Under the pieces are notes generated by a model. It ran no database searches and was not told the origin of the DNA. It saw only the letters and a list, made by a program, of their open reading frames with translations. A program made the translations under genes and the position numbers. From Raja brachyura (taxonomy: Eukaryota), in the NCBI GenBank assembly GCA_963514005.1, contig OY740814.1, positions 11,222,001 to 11,286,000 of the forward strand: a stretch of 64,000 nucleotides of DNA. The letters run 5' to 3'. This document shows positions 48,013 through 60,985 of the stretch, piece by piece (the first letter of the stretch is position 1; the number at the start of each line of letters is the position of its first letter).

Positions 48013-49384
48013 CACTGAGAACGGCATGGACATCAGCATACCAAAATACTGGAGCTCCTGGGTAAAGCTAATTCTCTGCAATAGTCCACACAATGTTCCA
48101 TTGAGTAGCTCCACCACAGTAAGTCCTTGAATTTCTTAATCGTCTTCAGAAATGATTGTATCTAATCATCTGAGGATTTACTGCTGAAGTTTAAAAAACC
48201 CTAAATATTTCCATGTGCCAATCTAGAGAACATTTCATCCCAATCATTAACTGATAAAGACACAGTGAACGGTAAACTGCTTTGGTTGCCAACTCTTGTT
48301 TTGTACAACTAGAACATTGTCAGTCACAAGTCACTCCTTGAAGCTATTGAACACAGATCACTGGCCAAACTGGCACCGTACACAAAACAAAATAAAAAGT
48401 TTACAAGGTATGAAGATATTTGTTTACTTGGCATGGCTCTGGTTCCGTGGTATTTGCTGATCTATAAACTTCCGTTTTAAATGAAAACTTCCCATAAAAT
48501 GCCTCCAGGAGCAGTTTGCCTGTCATTTGCATTTGAAAGGTGTTGATCAAATTGTAGCATTATGGTAACAGTATACTCTGACTGAAGTGAAGTGTTGGAA
48601 CGCTGGTGTAAACCTTTGAATATTGTTGAATACCCATGTTTGCCAGAGACTTGTGCAGCTCAAACCTGTTGCTCTACACATTCGCAGGTACTGCACAAGC
48701 ACCAGTCTCACCTCTCCACAATATCATGCAGGAGACAACCACTTTGTCTTGTCAAATGTTTCATTCTCTCGTGTTCTAGTTTTTATTCTGCGCCCTTCCA
48801 TTCTGTTGTCTTAGCATGACATTCTTTGCACTTGACTCAATATCAAAAAGGATAATATTACCTCGTTCATTCAAATATTAAGAAAACTATTCCAAAGTTG
48901 TACACAGCTGTCCACATCCCACATCTGTGCTTGATTTTGGCTGTTGTTATTTTAATTTCTGGCCTTACAAATGTCCACTTTTGTGGGTTTGCTCAATATG
49001 TTTATTTTCTCTTGATCTTTCTGTTTGACGAATGTCTCCTGATTGAATCATTTAATGCTCTGAATAATACGCTGCCAAAAGTGTAAGCCATACTATTAAA
49101 CAAACAAGTGGTCAAAGCTTCAAACACTATAACCAACGACACATGAACTAAACCTACGACTGGATATAAATCTAGCTCTTCCTTCTCATGAGGTGCTCTT
49201 GACTCCATCCCCTTTGTTTGACAACCAAACTGGGGACAAACGGGATGGAAGTACTCTTTCCCTTGCAATGGTTACAGAAGGACTATTCATCTATTGTAAA
49301 ATACGGTGGCTCTTTGTATCTTGTTTCTTCCAATGGATCAGCAACTGTGAAGGACAGAATATAAGCTTAGACATAAATGTGAGG

Positions 49385-49725
49385 CTCTCAGATAGAGTGA
49401 ATGCTCAGAGCCTTTTACCCAAGGTAGGGGAATCAAAAACCGGTCGACAAAGGTTTCAGGTGAGAAGGGAAAGATTGACTGGGAACCTGAGTGGCAACTT
49501 TTTCCACTCAGTAGGTGGTGGGTACATGGAAGGAGCTGCCAGAGGAGCTAGTTGAGGCAAGTACAATGATAGCATTTAAGAGACACTTGCATAGGTACGT
49601 GGATAGGAAAGGTTTGGAGGGATATGGGCCAAATGCCAGAAAATGGAACTAGCTAAGATGGGACACCTTGGTCAGCATGGACTAGTTGGGCCGAAAGGCA
49701 TGTTTCTGTGCTGTCTGACCCTATG
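49385..49725 (+). mobile_element. CR1-type LINE 3' fragment
   Basis: gatagagtgaatgctcagagcc...ttgggccgaaaggcatgtttctgtgctg. Confidence 0.82.
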
Positions 49726-50374
49726 CTTCTCTGTACACACTGTACAACTGAGAGAATTTAAAGCAATAACTGGAGAATGCATAGTCATAGAACTGAAGTT
49801 GATGACAATCCGCCCCTCACAGGGAACACGACTGCAGCTTTCCCAATGAAATCTGGAGAAAGTAATAAACTAATAGGAAGTTCCGGTGCTTGCAAATTAT
49901 TATTCTTGTAAAGATCTCTGAAAAGTTTTGCATGTGGCGTAAGTATGGTTCCAACATCAGACTAAGCTATAATTATTGTCCAGGAAGCCATTTGACTTCA
50001 ATAAACTAATTTTACAACTTGGATTGTCATTTCCTCAGTCATGGAATTCAAAATGTAATACGTTTAAAATATTAGAAAATATTTTTATCTTAATTTTTTT
50101 AAGTTTATGATGCTTCAGTTTCCAACTTAATCCCATGCGCGTTCCGATCTTGATTCCATGCTCTGTAAAATGTTCAAAAAGTTAATTAAAAATGTTGTGA
50201 TAAACTTGCCTTGCTGACCGCAAAACCTAAGCCAAGCAATATCTCTTCTTTAAAGAGCTGGAGATTGTCTCTGGATAAACCATAATATATTGTTTGGTCT
50301 CCGATTGTCAAATGGTGGACTGAGCACTGTCTAATCCATCTGTTCCCTCCACCAAACAGCAGCACCAGCCATGG

Positions 50375-50582
50375 TGCCACAGAAGGCGGTGGAGGCCAAT
50401 TCATTGGACGTTTTCAAGAGAGTTTAGCTCTTAGGGCTAACAAAAACAAAGAATATATGGGAAAAAGCAGGAGTGGGGTACTGATTTTGGATGATCAGCC
50501 ATGATCATATTGAATGGTGGTGCTGGCTCGAGGGGCCGAATGGCCTACTCCTGCACCTATTTTCTATGTATCTATGGTTCTA
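50375..50582 (+). mobile_element. CR1-type LINE 3' fragment
   Basis: tgccacagaaggcggtggaggcc...ggcctactcctgcacctattttctatg. Confidence 0.87.
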
Positions 50583-52195
50583 ACACTGACATTTCAGGTT
50601 TTAAGTGACTCAAAACTGTACACCGCACACGTTAAACTAACAGGAGATTCATGGTGACCGCAGAGTCTGAACTACCCTGAAGCCCACCATAAATAGCACC
50701 CATGAAGATCTTCTTGGCTTCAGTACCAGAAAGCACCATCAGGAAGACAAGAACATGCCAGGGAACATCAGAGATTGCAGTATCGGAACTGAAGGAGGAG
50801 ACCGCCCCAGTGAATGTAACTACAGGGGGTCTCCCTACTCTTTGCCAGAGGGAAAGTTAGTTCCAGGCCATTCTTTTGCCTCTTTTGGTGGCCACTGAGC
50901 AACTCCCCATTCCCCACACCCACCAGTAGCAATTCTATCTACTGGTGGGTGTGATCTACACTAAGGAAAACCAAGGAGTAACATCCACCACTATACATGG
51001 CCTTGCTTTGTCTCACGAATGCCGTTGATGTTATGAATCAAGATGGTGGAGGGAACACATCATTCCCAAACCAATGCACATTTTCATCCCCTTTGCTTAT
51101 CAAATCATTTTGGGTCCTGTCAAATGATATTATGAAGTTAAAGAGCTGGCTGATAGTTATTTACTGAATGATTAATTATTTTTTTTCATTCTGGCTTTCC
51201 TCCAATTCATGAATTTTAAAGTAATGGAGTCACAGAGAGATAGAGCACGGAGACAGGCCCTTTGGCAGACCAAGTCTGCACCGAACATCAGCCGCCAATT
51301 TACACAAATCCTACGAGAATCCATTTTTATTCTCCACACAACTCTCCCAGGCTGTGATGCTCATCCACACACTAGGGAAGAAATAATTGAGTGTTGCAGG
51401 GGTGCGAATAGACAATGTTAAGCTTGTTCAGTGCCTTTGGAGCTCCATTCATCCATGCCTTCCTGACTTCTCCTGGGGTGACCTTCAAGGATTTTGGAGC
51501 TGGTTCACTTGCCATGCTTCCGACCTTATAAGTGGAGGATTTATTTAGCTGTTCCAGTTGAATTTCATGTTAGTTGCAACCCTCAAAATGTTGATGGTGG
51601 GACATCCGTCAGGATGGAAGGAAACTCATTGAGGAAGTAGCTGAAGGTAGCTGGGATCGAGGATACTGCCCTGAGGAACTCCTACAGTCATGTCCAAGGC
51701 CAGGATTATGGACCTCCATCAAACACAACCATCTCCCTTTGTGTCAGTTGTGATTCCAACCATGGAGTGCTTGTCCATCGAGTTTCAATTTTTAGAAATG
51801 TCTTCATAATATTGCATCATGGTTAGGAAGGTTACAATTCTCCGTGAATGAAATGCTCCACACATCCTCGCTAGCCTTGGCATTTCAGAGAATACATATT
51901 CACATCAAAGGACCAGCCTCAGAATGGAAGTTGTTATCTGGAGATTGTCTCGAGTCTCGCCTTAATATAAACACACAAATGTTTTATTTATTTAAGGATT
52001 TGTAATTTTCTTGTTAATTTTTTGTATTAACTTGGATTTCTGCTGAGACTGATTTGGTTCGTGGGCAACTTACATTTTCCACAAAGATCAGTTATGATTT
52101 AAGGGTCAGTGGCAACACAAAGCCTGCTGGTGTGGCAAGCAGAAGGAAGATTTTGCATAAATCTATGATCTGCCACACAAGTGGGACCCAACTCT

Positions 52196-52452
52196 GTGTT
52201 TGTGTCTCTCTGTGTCTATGCCTGTCTCTCTGTGTCTGTCTGTGTCTCCCTCTCTCTGTCTCTCTCTCTGTCTCTCTCTGTATCTCTCTCTGTGTCTCTC
52301 TCTGTGTCTCTCTCTGTATCTCTCTCTGTGTCTCTGTATCTCTCTTTGTGTCTCTCTTTGTGTCACTCTCTGTGTCTATCTTTGTGTCTCTCTTTGTGTC
52401 GCTCTCTCTGTCTCTCTGTGTCTCTCTCTGTGTCTATGCCTGTCTCTCTCTT
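52196..52452. repeat. Compound (CT/GT) microsatellite
   Basis: tgtgtctctctc-type units over about 250 bp. Confidence 0.95.
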
Positions 52453-52499
52453 TATTTTACTATTTTTTAGTGTGCTTATAAGCTTCCCTTATGTGTGTG

Positions 52500-52676
52500 G
52501 GGTGGAACTGCAGATGCTGGTTTAAACCGAAGATAGACACAAAATGCTGGAGTAACTCAGTGGGACAGACCGCATCTCTGGAGACCCTTCTTCAGTCTCG
52601 ACCTGAAATGTCGCCCATTCCTTCTCTCCAGAGATGTTGCCTGGCCCGCTGAGCTACTCCAGCATTTTGTGACTAT
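52500..52676. mobile_element. Fold-back Penelope-derived insert, 12-bp TSD
   Basis: TSD cttatgtgtgtg at 52488-52499 and 52677-52688. The pivot is gagacccttcttcagtctcgacc. Confidence 0.87.
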
Positions 52677-53147
52677 CTTATGTGTGTGCACCGTATGTGT
52701 TTGTCATGTGTGTCTGTGCATCTGTGTATGCGTATGTGTGCGTCTCTGCATCTGTCTGCCTGTTTGTCATTCATCCCACCCCCTAACTGCATCGGCATTG
52801 CAAATACATTTCTACTAATGAAAATAAATGTGTTTTAAAAGTTAATACTTCAGTGCTGAATTATAATGAACTATGATCCTACTTTTTCCTGTTGGGCTTA
52901 TTTTAGTACTGATCATAATTCATTAAAATAAATGTTACCTCTGCCATTAAAATGATGATAACATGGAAAATCTGGCGTTTATCACTATGTGTGGCAAAAA
53001 GATGAAGTGTTTAAACAGGCAACTCCAACATTAGTTTCCCAATGATCTGTCTATCAGTTTTCAGTTACAATCCAAACCATGTTCCCAGTATTATCAGAGA
53101 GGGCATCGTCCACTGTCTCATGTGCTTGTTATTTCAAAAATATTTTG

Positions 53148-53445
53148 AATTTAGTTTAGCTTAGAGATACAGCACAGAAACAGGTCTTTCCGCGTAGAGT
53201 CCGTGCCGACCAGCGATACCCATGCACTACAGCACTATCCCACACACTGGGGACAATATACAAATTTTTTAAACCTACAAACCTGCACGTCTTTGATTTG
53301 TGGGAGGAATCTGGAGTGCCCAGAGAAAACCCACGCGGCCATGGGGAGAACGTACAAACTCCGCACAGACAGCACCCGTAGTCAGGATCGAACCCGGGTC
53401 TCTGGCGCTGTAAAGCAGCAATTCTACCGCTGCGTCACTGTGTCG
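53148..53445 (-). mobile_element. V-SINE (HE1-like)
   Basis: Reverse-complement V-domain ggggagaacgtacaaactccgcacagacagcacc and B-box ggatcgaaccc. Confidence 0.87.
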
Positions 53446-53847
53446 TCTTGTTAAATTCTACTTATGAACCACCTGGTTTGAAATAATTGAATGTAACCAA
53501 CATTGGGGCTTAGAGGCAGCAGAGATACTTATTTAAAATTGTCCTTTTGAAATCTGTTAAGCAGAAAATGAGAGAGTAAATTGGCAAAATTGTTCTTGGC
53601 CACTTCAAACATGACTAACCATCTATATATATCATTGGTGCCAAGACCTGATTAATTCCTCAGTGTCAGGAATTGTCAGGTTGGTGTTAATTTCCCTTTC
53701 TAATTGAGTTCTCTCTGATTGAGTCTCATCTTCATAGTGCCAGTGGCTACTGTGCCCAGATAAGAAGCTCTGACGATGGATAGTGTGTATTCTGAGGGGA
53801 AGAGTCAGCAAGCATGATAATGTGGTAGAGAGGAGAGAAAGAGAGAG

Positions 53848-53990
53848 AAACAAGGAACTGCAGGTGCTGGTTTACAGAAATGAAAGACAAAAAGCACAGG
53901 AGGAACTCAGCAGGTCAAGAGGCATCTCTATCCATGTTCTCCAGAGATGCGACCCGACCGGCTGAGTTATTCCAACACTTTGTGTCTTTC
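53848..53990. mobile_element. Fold-back Penelope-derived insert lacking the hammerhead segment
   Basis: aaggaactgcaggtgctgg...actcagcaggtc / gaccggctgagttattcc. Confidence 0.7.
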
Positions 53991-54348
53991 TGACGTTCAA
54001 TGGTTCAATGATTCTTTATTGTCCTGTATGCACAGCACAGGGACATTCTTTTGCACAACCCACTAATGTACGGTTGCGATATTTTAGCGCCTCGTATGTT
54101 AGGTAATGTGTAAGCATTTGTGAATAAAAGAAGATGGTATCGTGAGATGTTCCATTGCATTTGTAGCAGCAGCATAAAAATAGGGAGAGAAGGATTGATA
54201 TTCCAGGGATAGGGGGAACTGGGGCAGCAGGTCTTCAGATTTGTGTACAACGCACGAGAGCAGTGAAGAGAATCTTACCTTGGCAGTCGCTGTAAATTCA
54301 CTGGACTTTTTCCTGAACTACATGGTCAAGCCTTTGACAATTCATTTT

Positions 54349-54640
54349 GGGGCAGCATGGTGGTGCAACGGTAGAGCTGCTGCCTTGCAACGCCAGAGAC
54401 CCAGGTTCGATCCTGACTGCGGGTGCTGTCTGTATGGAGTGTGTACGTTCTCCCTGCGACCTTGTGGGTTTTCTCCAGGTTCTTCGGTTTCCTCCCACAG
54501 GCTTGTAGGTTAATTGACTTCTGTAAATTTTCCCTAGTGTGTAGGATCGTGCTAGTGTACAGGTGATTGCTGGTTAGCATGGAATCAGTGGGCCGAAGGG
54601 CCTGTTTCCATGCTATATCTCTAAACAAAACAAAACTAAA
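54349..54640 (+). mobile_element. V-SINE (HE1-like)
   Basis: Head with ggttcgatcc B-box, V-domain and CR1-like tail. Confidence 0.9.
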
Positions 54641-54748
54641 CTGATCTCTCCATTAGTGAAGATTAACTTCACCAGACAGCAATTTTCCATCGGCAAGGAC
54701 ATAGTACCCTGCCCTTTACTGTTATAAATGGGAAGCTTTATTATTACA

Positions 54749-55764
54749 CTAGAACGGGTGCGGACCCGTTGAGCCCGTACCCCAAGGCAAACTTCCACCT
54801 ACCCATAGCCCCCAACTCCTCCATTCCCCCTCTTCCTCAGCACTCCCTCCCCCTCCTCTTCACCCTCCCTCTTCTTTCCCCTCCTCCTTCCCTCCCCCAC
54901 TCCCTTCCCCACTTCTCCCTCCCTCTCCTTTCCCCTACCCTCAGTCACTGCCTCCCTCACTCCATAACGCCTCTCGCCTCCCTACCCCCTCCTCTCCATC
55001 TTCCTGCTCCCCACTCCTCACCTCCCCCCATCCCACCCCCCCCACAATAAAAAACTCCCCTTCCTCACCTCCCTTGCTGCCCTCCTCTCCCTCTATCCCC
55101 CAGTCCCTACCTCCCCCACTCCCCCCTCCTCTCCCTCTATCCCTCCTCTCCCTCTATCCCCCCTCCTCCCCCATTCTCCCTCCTCACCTCCCCCACTTTC
55201 CCCTCCCTACCCCCCTCCTCTCCCTCTATCCCCCTGCTTCCCACTCCTCACATCCCCTTATCCCACCCCCCCCACAATGAAAAACGCGATGTTTTTTTTA
55301 AATGAAACCTCTCCCCTATCCCACAGTGAAAATCGCAATGTAAAAAAAAGAAAATTCTCAATGAGAATCGGGTTTATATCTTTAAAATAAACTAAACAAA
55401 TGTTAGCTGTTAATGAAAACAGAAGAATTTGATTAAAATGCTTTTTTTTTTGGAAGTTGCGATTTTTTAAAATGGGATTCGGGATCCCATTGTGACGTCG
55501 AACGCAGCTGACGGCCAGGGCAAGTGGAAAAGTGGGTTGAAAAGTGATTTTTGTAAAGTTTAAAATGTCAACAACTTGTAAAATATAACATTAATCCGAA
55601 CTAAAGTTGTTTCATTTACATTACACGATTACAAGTACATTGGTGAGTAAGGTGGGCCAAAGATTGTAGGGCTATCGTGCACCATTTTGGTGGGGTTTTG
55701 AAATATCACGCACACGCACGCATACAAAGAAACAAACAAAGAAACAGTTTTAGTAATATATAGA
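54749..55764 (-). mobile_element. Non-autonomous Helitron (~1016 bp)
   Basis: The minus strand starts A|TCtatatattac and ends ...aacgggt-ccgc-acccgtt-CTAG|T. It has a 5' TC, a 3' CTAG with an adjacent GC-rich hairpin, an A|T target and no TSD, plus a 5' microsatellite-like tract. Confidence 0.82.
54795..55330. repeat. C-rich low-complexity tract inside the Helitron
   Basis: Repeated ctcccc/cctct units with almost no G on the + strand. Confidence 0.9.
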
Positions 55765-57900
55765 TTTCATCGAGTCATGTTATAAGTGCTCAGAACTGTA
55801 GAAAGCTGTTTCCATTTCCCATGAATAATGTGTATCACTTCAGTGAGTGAATAAGTTAATGGTAAAAGAATCACATGTTGGGTATCAGCTGGTGTCTTGC
55901 TTGTGCAATTTCCACTGTTTCTCTTTACTGCTGCTTTAGTGATCTTATCGGAAATACGAAATTACTTTCTTCTCATTTCGCTCTTTAAACATCAATGGTA
56001 ACCTGCTGCAGCTGTTATTCATATTGTCTTGATTTAATCATTGTTTTTCTCTTATAAAGTAAAGCAAAAATAGCTTTTTATTATCCTCCCCTCACATCTC
56101 ATTGTCCAAGCTGGCATATTGGGAAGCTGTCATTGTACCACATCGTTTTGTTTTCCTTAACTCCTGGGAGAGATGTTGGAGGCCACAGAAAGCAAGAAAG
56201 CACGATTGGTCCCCAACTTGAGACCACAGGCCAAATGAGCCTTGGCCAAAGCCCAGCTCAACTGGTGTTGTTTTTCTCCGGAGCTCATTATCTGCTCCTG
56301 CTTACATCTGCAGAAAAATCTGGCACCGTTTCCACACTGCTGAGAGGAAAAGCAAACTCTTAGTGTATGAGCAAATCAGTCCAGACTGGGTCACTTTTCC
56401 CACACATGCACTGGTCACGGACAAACCTATATTCCTTAGTGAAGGCTTATTTGCTGCTCAGCTCCACTCAGACACTTAAGGACAACATATTTCCCACTAA
56501 CAATTTTGCTGGACAAATTACAACAGGTCCAAGCACATAGTGCAACTCCTGTTTTGTATTAACAAAATGTTTACACTAAGGTTTTTCAGCTCAAAAAAAA
56601 AATCTCTCCCTTCATCCCTGCAATCTGATGATTGAAACAGCTGGATCAAGGTCTGTTGGAAGTTGCCACAGGGTTTCAACCACCATGACACATGGCCCCT
56701 GGACCACTATCCACTATCAATGGACCAATCTGCCGAGAGATTTTCACTGGGCAGTTTCGGCCTAGTGGATTAGAATGTCCAGATGTCCCTTGGAAAGAAC
56801 GGAAAAAAATATTCCAGTGGTCAGAATGTTGTGTGTTCACGACTGCTTCCAACGATATGGGTATATAATTTAAACTGGTTCATAAAACCAGTTTTATGAG
56901 AGTACAGAGCCTTGGGAAGTGCTATCCTTTGGACGAGATGTTAAACCAATGCTTTGTTTGCTCTCTGGACATGACAAATAATTCCTGTAGCATCTTGAAG
57001 AACATAAGAAATAGCAGCAGGAATAATGTAAAACATCTTGACCATCCAATGAGATCCCGGCGAATCCTAATCCTAATCTAATATCTCAAATCCATTTTCC
57101 TGTCTGATCCCCCAATGTGCCAAATAACGGATAACTCTTTGGGTAAAGATCTAGGCTTTCCTTGGCCAGGATTTTCTTTTCTTATTACAGTCATTTTATT
57201 CCAAGACTATTTGACTAGAAGGCTGGGAATTCCCCTCATTGTTCAGGCAGAGACTGAGCTAATTGTCTTCCTGTGACTGACATTATAGAAGCTATGAGAA
57301 TTGCTTGAAAGATGAAGTCTAGTTTTTTAACATTAGTCATATGATCCAGCTAGACTGTATCAGGAGAAAACTAAGCCTCTATCAACAATGCCCAAACTAT
57401 GATGTTATGGCTTTATGGCCTAGAAATAATAGCCTCTAGTGCAATTTCTATGAAAGCCACAATCCAACAAAGTAAGATACAACTGGGAAGTATAACATTC
57501 TTTCAAATTGCTCCATATATCCTCAAATAGCAGAGAGGTTCCCTGACATAGACTGGCACCCACACACAACATGCGTCTGAACCGTCACTCCCATGCTTGT
57601 CATTAAATCATGTGCAACTCACTAACACTGTAGCCCATTCTTGCAAAGATAGCCCGCATGCCAAATGTGAGATTGTATGTAATATATATAACAAACCTGA
57701 TCAAAGTTTACTGTGCACAAGGAAGTTGACACATGGTCTGCTGATGCAAACACTGGCCAAACGGTGGACATTAAGGCTGAAAACGTCAGATAGAAAACTT
57801 CAGATAGGTCAATAAAGATGTTCACAATGGATTGGATTGCTTCCCTTTGCAAGTTGATGTGCTGAGAAAGGCATCTCTGTGACTCGGAGTCCAGGACTAA

Positions 57901-58230
57901 AGGGCAGCACAGTGGCACAGCTGATAGTGCTTCTGCCTCAGAGCGGCAGAGACCTGTGTTCGATCATGCCCTTGTGTGCTGTCTGCTTGGGGTTTGCACG
58001 TTCTCCCTGTGACCGCGTGGGTTTCCTCCAGGTGCTCCAGTTTCCTCCTGCATCCCAAAGACATGCGGGCTTGTGAGTTAATTGGCCTCTGTAACTTGCC
58101 CCCTGGTGTGCAGGGACTGGCTGAGAAAGAGGAATAAAATAGAACTAGTGTGAATGGGGTGATGGACCAGCAACGTAGACTCGGTGGGCTGAAGGCCCTT
58201 TTTCCATGCTCTATTTTTAAACTAAACTAA
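57901..58230 (+). mobile_element. V-SINE (HE1-like)
   Basis: gggcagcacagtggcacagctg head, V-domain and (ctaaa)n tail. Confidence 0.88.
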
Positions 58231-58629
58231 AAAAACAAATGCAAGTAGATAATACTAAAATTGCACACAATACCACATTTTGAGCCCAGGCAGTTCCGCT
58301 AGAACACGATAGTTGCATTCCTAACAAAGCTCACATTATAGAAAATTACATTATAAAAACAAATAGTGTCAATGGGGAAAAGGGGGTTAGGGGTGAGAGA
58401 GTTTCAGAGTCACTACAGCAAAGTTATATTTCCCCAAAGAATTTGCAAAAATAAAGGCCTGTTTAATAGCTATACGTTTATTTTCGTTACCGCAGTTAAA
58501 AAAATTTCAACCCTTGTAATTCAAATAGTGTTCCCTAAATCATCAATCGTATTAAATCCAATTAGTGTTACGGAGACACAAGTTGTAGTAGAATTACTTG
58601 TACTGTGTAAATACATTATAGGAAAGCTG

Positions 58630-59030
58630 TGATTGCACTGGAGAGGGTGCAGACATGGTATATAAAACAAGTTGCCAAGACTGGAAAACTTTAACCATAA
58701 GGAAAGATTGAATAAGCTAGGGTTGTTTCCCCTGGAACTGAGAAGGCTGAAGGGAGATTTAATTAAGGTGATAGAATTATGAGGCATGAGAATTAGGAAG
58801 ATGGTCTAAAACCAGGGGCATAAATCAAAAGCACTTGATAAAAGGATTAGACAGGAGATGAGAGAAAGAGGGTGGTGAGGATCTGGAAACTGCCTGAAGA
58901 AGTGTTTGTCCGTGGACTCGAGGAGTTCTTCCCTGCAGGCCCATAGAGCCAATTCAGGAAGGTTCGATCGATCTGTGCAGCTCTCAACCAACACAGACAC
59001 CAAATAACCTTCTTCTGTGTAATCAATGTT
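58630..59030 (+). mobile_element. Old CR1-type LINE fragment
   Basis: ctggagagggtgcaga...agaaggctgaagggagatttaat (RRLKGDLI). Confidence 0.72.
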
Positions 59031-59184
59031 TCTGCTTCTCAGTCAACTCTTCTCGCTACTTACGGCAGATCTGCATGAGCTGTTCACCAACTCTGGTAGT
59101 GGGAGCCATTCTCGAGGTCTGTTCAATAGCTTGTCCTCTGTGGCAGCACAGCCGTGAGCTCCTAACGTGTCCCGACCCTCCCTC

Positions 59185-60022
59185 TCCACTTGATCTCGAT
59201 ACTATGGTCGAGTGGTCACAACAATGGGGCATGCAGTTCAACCCTTCCAAATGTGAAACCATGCGTGTCACCAGAAAGAGGAATCCAGGCGTCACATCTT
59301 ACAACATACTTGGTGTCATCCTTGAAGAATCCAAACAAACCAAGTATCTTGGCATCAAATTGCAGAATGATCTACCTTGGAATGGTCAGACTCATCATGT
59401 AACAGTGAAAGCAACAGGTGTCCTAAACTTCCTGGGGCACAACTTCCATCAATGTTCAGCTTCTGTCAAGGAGAAGCTGTATTTCACCCTCGTTAGACCT
59501 CATCTGGACTACGCAGTTGTAGCTTGGGACCCATACACAGATAAAAACATTTCATCCATCGAACGTGTCCAAAGACAGGCCGCTCGATTTGTTACTAACA
59601 CCTACGAGAGAGAAGCGAGTATCACCAAACTTCTGAATTCTCTGGGGTGGAACCCTCTCCAAGACAGACGTGAAGCTCACCGTTTGACCTGTTTTTACAA
59701 AATGTTAAATGGCCAGCTAGACATAGATCACAACACCTACACAACCCCAAACTAATTAGGAGCAGACTAGGGCATTCGATCCAATTTGTGGTCCCAGCCT
59801 CAAAGACAGATGTGTACAGCAATTTGTTCTTTCCACGCACTATTAAAGCATGGAATAATCTCCACCAAGCCACGGTTGCCCAGCCAGATGCAACTAAATT
59901 TAAAGTGTCACTTTCTTCCCAATAACCCTCTCTGGCTAAACCCCTCCCTTCACCACCTCCAGTTTAAATTCCAGTTGGAATATTTTGGAGAACCAAGTAA
60001 CCAAGAACCAAGAAGAACCAAG
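59185..60022 (+). mobile_element. 5'-truncated non-LTR retrotransposon, RT C-terminal region (clade unresolved, RTEX/CR1-group-like)
   Basis: WGMQFNPSKC, KYLGI, YFTLVRPHLDYAVVAWDPY and IERVQRQAARFV motifs. After a frameshift near 59745 it continues FFPRTIKAWNNL to TAA at 59923-59925, then an (aaccaag)n tail. Confidence 0.9.
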
Positions 60023-60094
60023 ATTGTGTTTGCAACTAGTCCCCATCAGTCGCCCACCCCCGCCCCTCAGAGTCGTGCCTCTAAAACATTAGGA

Positions 60095-60405
60095 ACATAG
60101 AATATGGGAGCTTTGAGCCAACATCGAGATCCCACTGCACTCATCGCACTTTATCCTCTCCACATTCCCCTCAGCCTCCCCACATCCAGCCATTGGACAC
60201 AGGCAGACTCCGCACAGACAGCAGCCAATTAACCCCGTAACTCACACGTCTTTGGGATGTGAGAGGAAAGCAGAGCACCCAGGGGTGAACCTACACGGTC
60301 AGGGGAAATACTTGCAAACTCCACACAGCCAGCGGCTGGGGTCAGGATCAAACAAGGGTTGCTGGAGCGGTGAGGCAGTGGTTCTTCCCGCTGTGCGACT
60401 GTGCT
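60095..60405 (-). mobile_element. V-SINE (degenerate)
   Basis: gtctttgggatgtgagaggaaagcagagcacc...tgcaaactccacacag. Confidence 0.75.
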
Positions 60406-60644
60406 CCAGTCCTACACTGGCTGAGATCAACTCATCTGGTTTGGCTGAGGCGTTAGCTGGAATGATCCCAGCATTCATTAAACCATGGGGACGTAATGAA
60501 TCCTCAGTACCTGCTGTGCTTGGGTTGTGAGACAGGTTCGGCACCACACCTTCACACTGGGCTAGTTGGACACGTCGGCCTGTCATCCTTGTAATATTGC
60601 CCCTCTTGTACCTCAACCCCTTCAGTACAGCTGGCATCAGAATA

Positions 60645-60985
60645 GAACCATAGACATAGAAACATAGAAATCAGGTGCAGGAGTAGGCCATTCGGCCCTT
60701 CGAGCCTGCACCGCCATTCAATATGATCATGGCTGATCATCCAACTCAGTATCCCGTACCTGCCTTCTCTCCATACCCTCTGATCCCCTTAGCCACAAGG
60801 GCCACATCTAACTCCCTCTTAAATATAGCCAATGAACTGGCCTCAGCTACCCTCTGTGGCAGAGAGTTCCAGAGACCCACCACTCTCTGTTTGAAAAAAG
60901 TCCTTCTCATCTCGGTCCTAAAGGATTTCCCCCTTATCCTTAAGCTGTGACCCCTTGTCCTGGACCTCCCCAACATCGGGAACAA
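60645..60985 (-). mobile_element. CR1/HER1-type LINE 3' fragment
   Basis: LFPMLGRSRTRGHSLRIRG...LWNSLPQ, nearly identical to 5508-5845. Confidence 0.92.

Noticed and set aside
52054-52525. Ser/Leu/Val/Cys-rich ORFs
   Set aside because: They are translations of the CT/GT microsatellite.
54769-55280. Proline-rich ORFs
   Set aside because: They are translations of the C-rich tract within the Helitron.
59075-59755. 226-aa ORF as a host gene
   Set aside because: It is a truncated LINE reverse-transcriptase C-terminus with a frameshift and a tandem tail.
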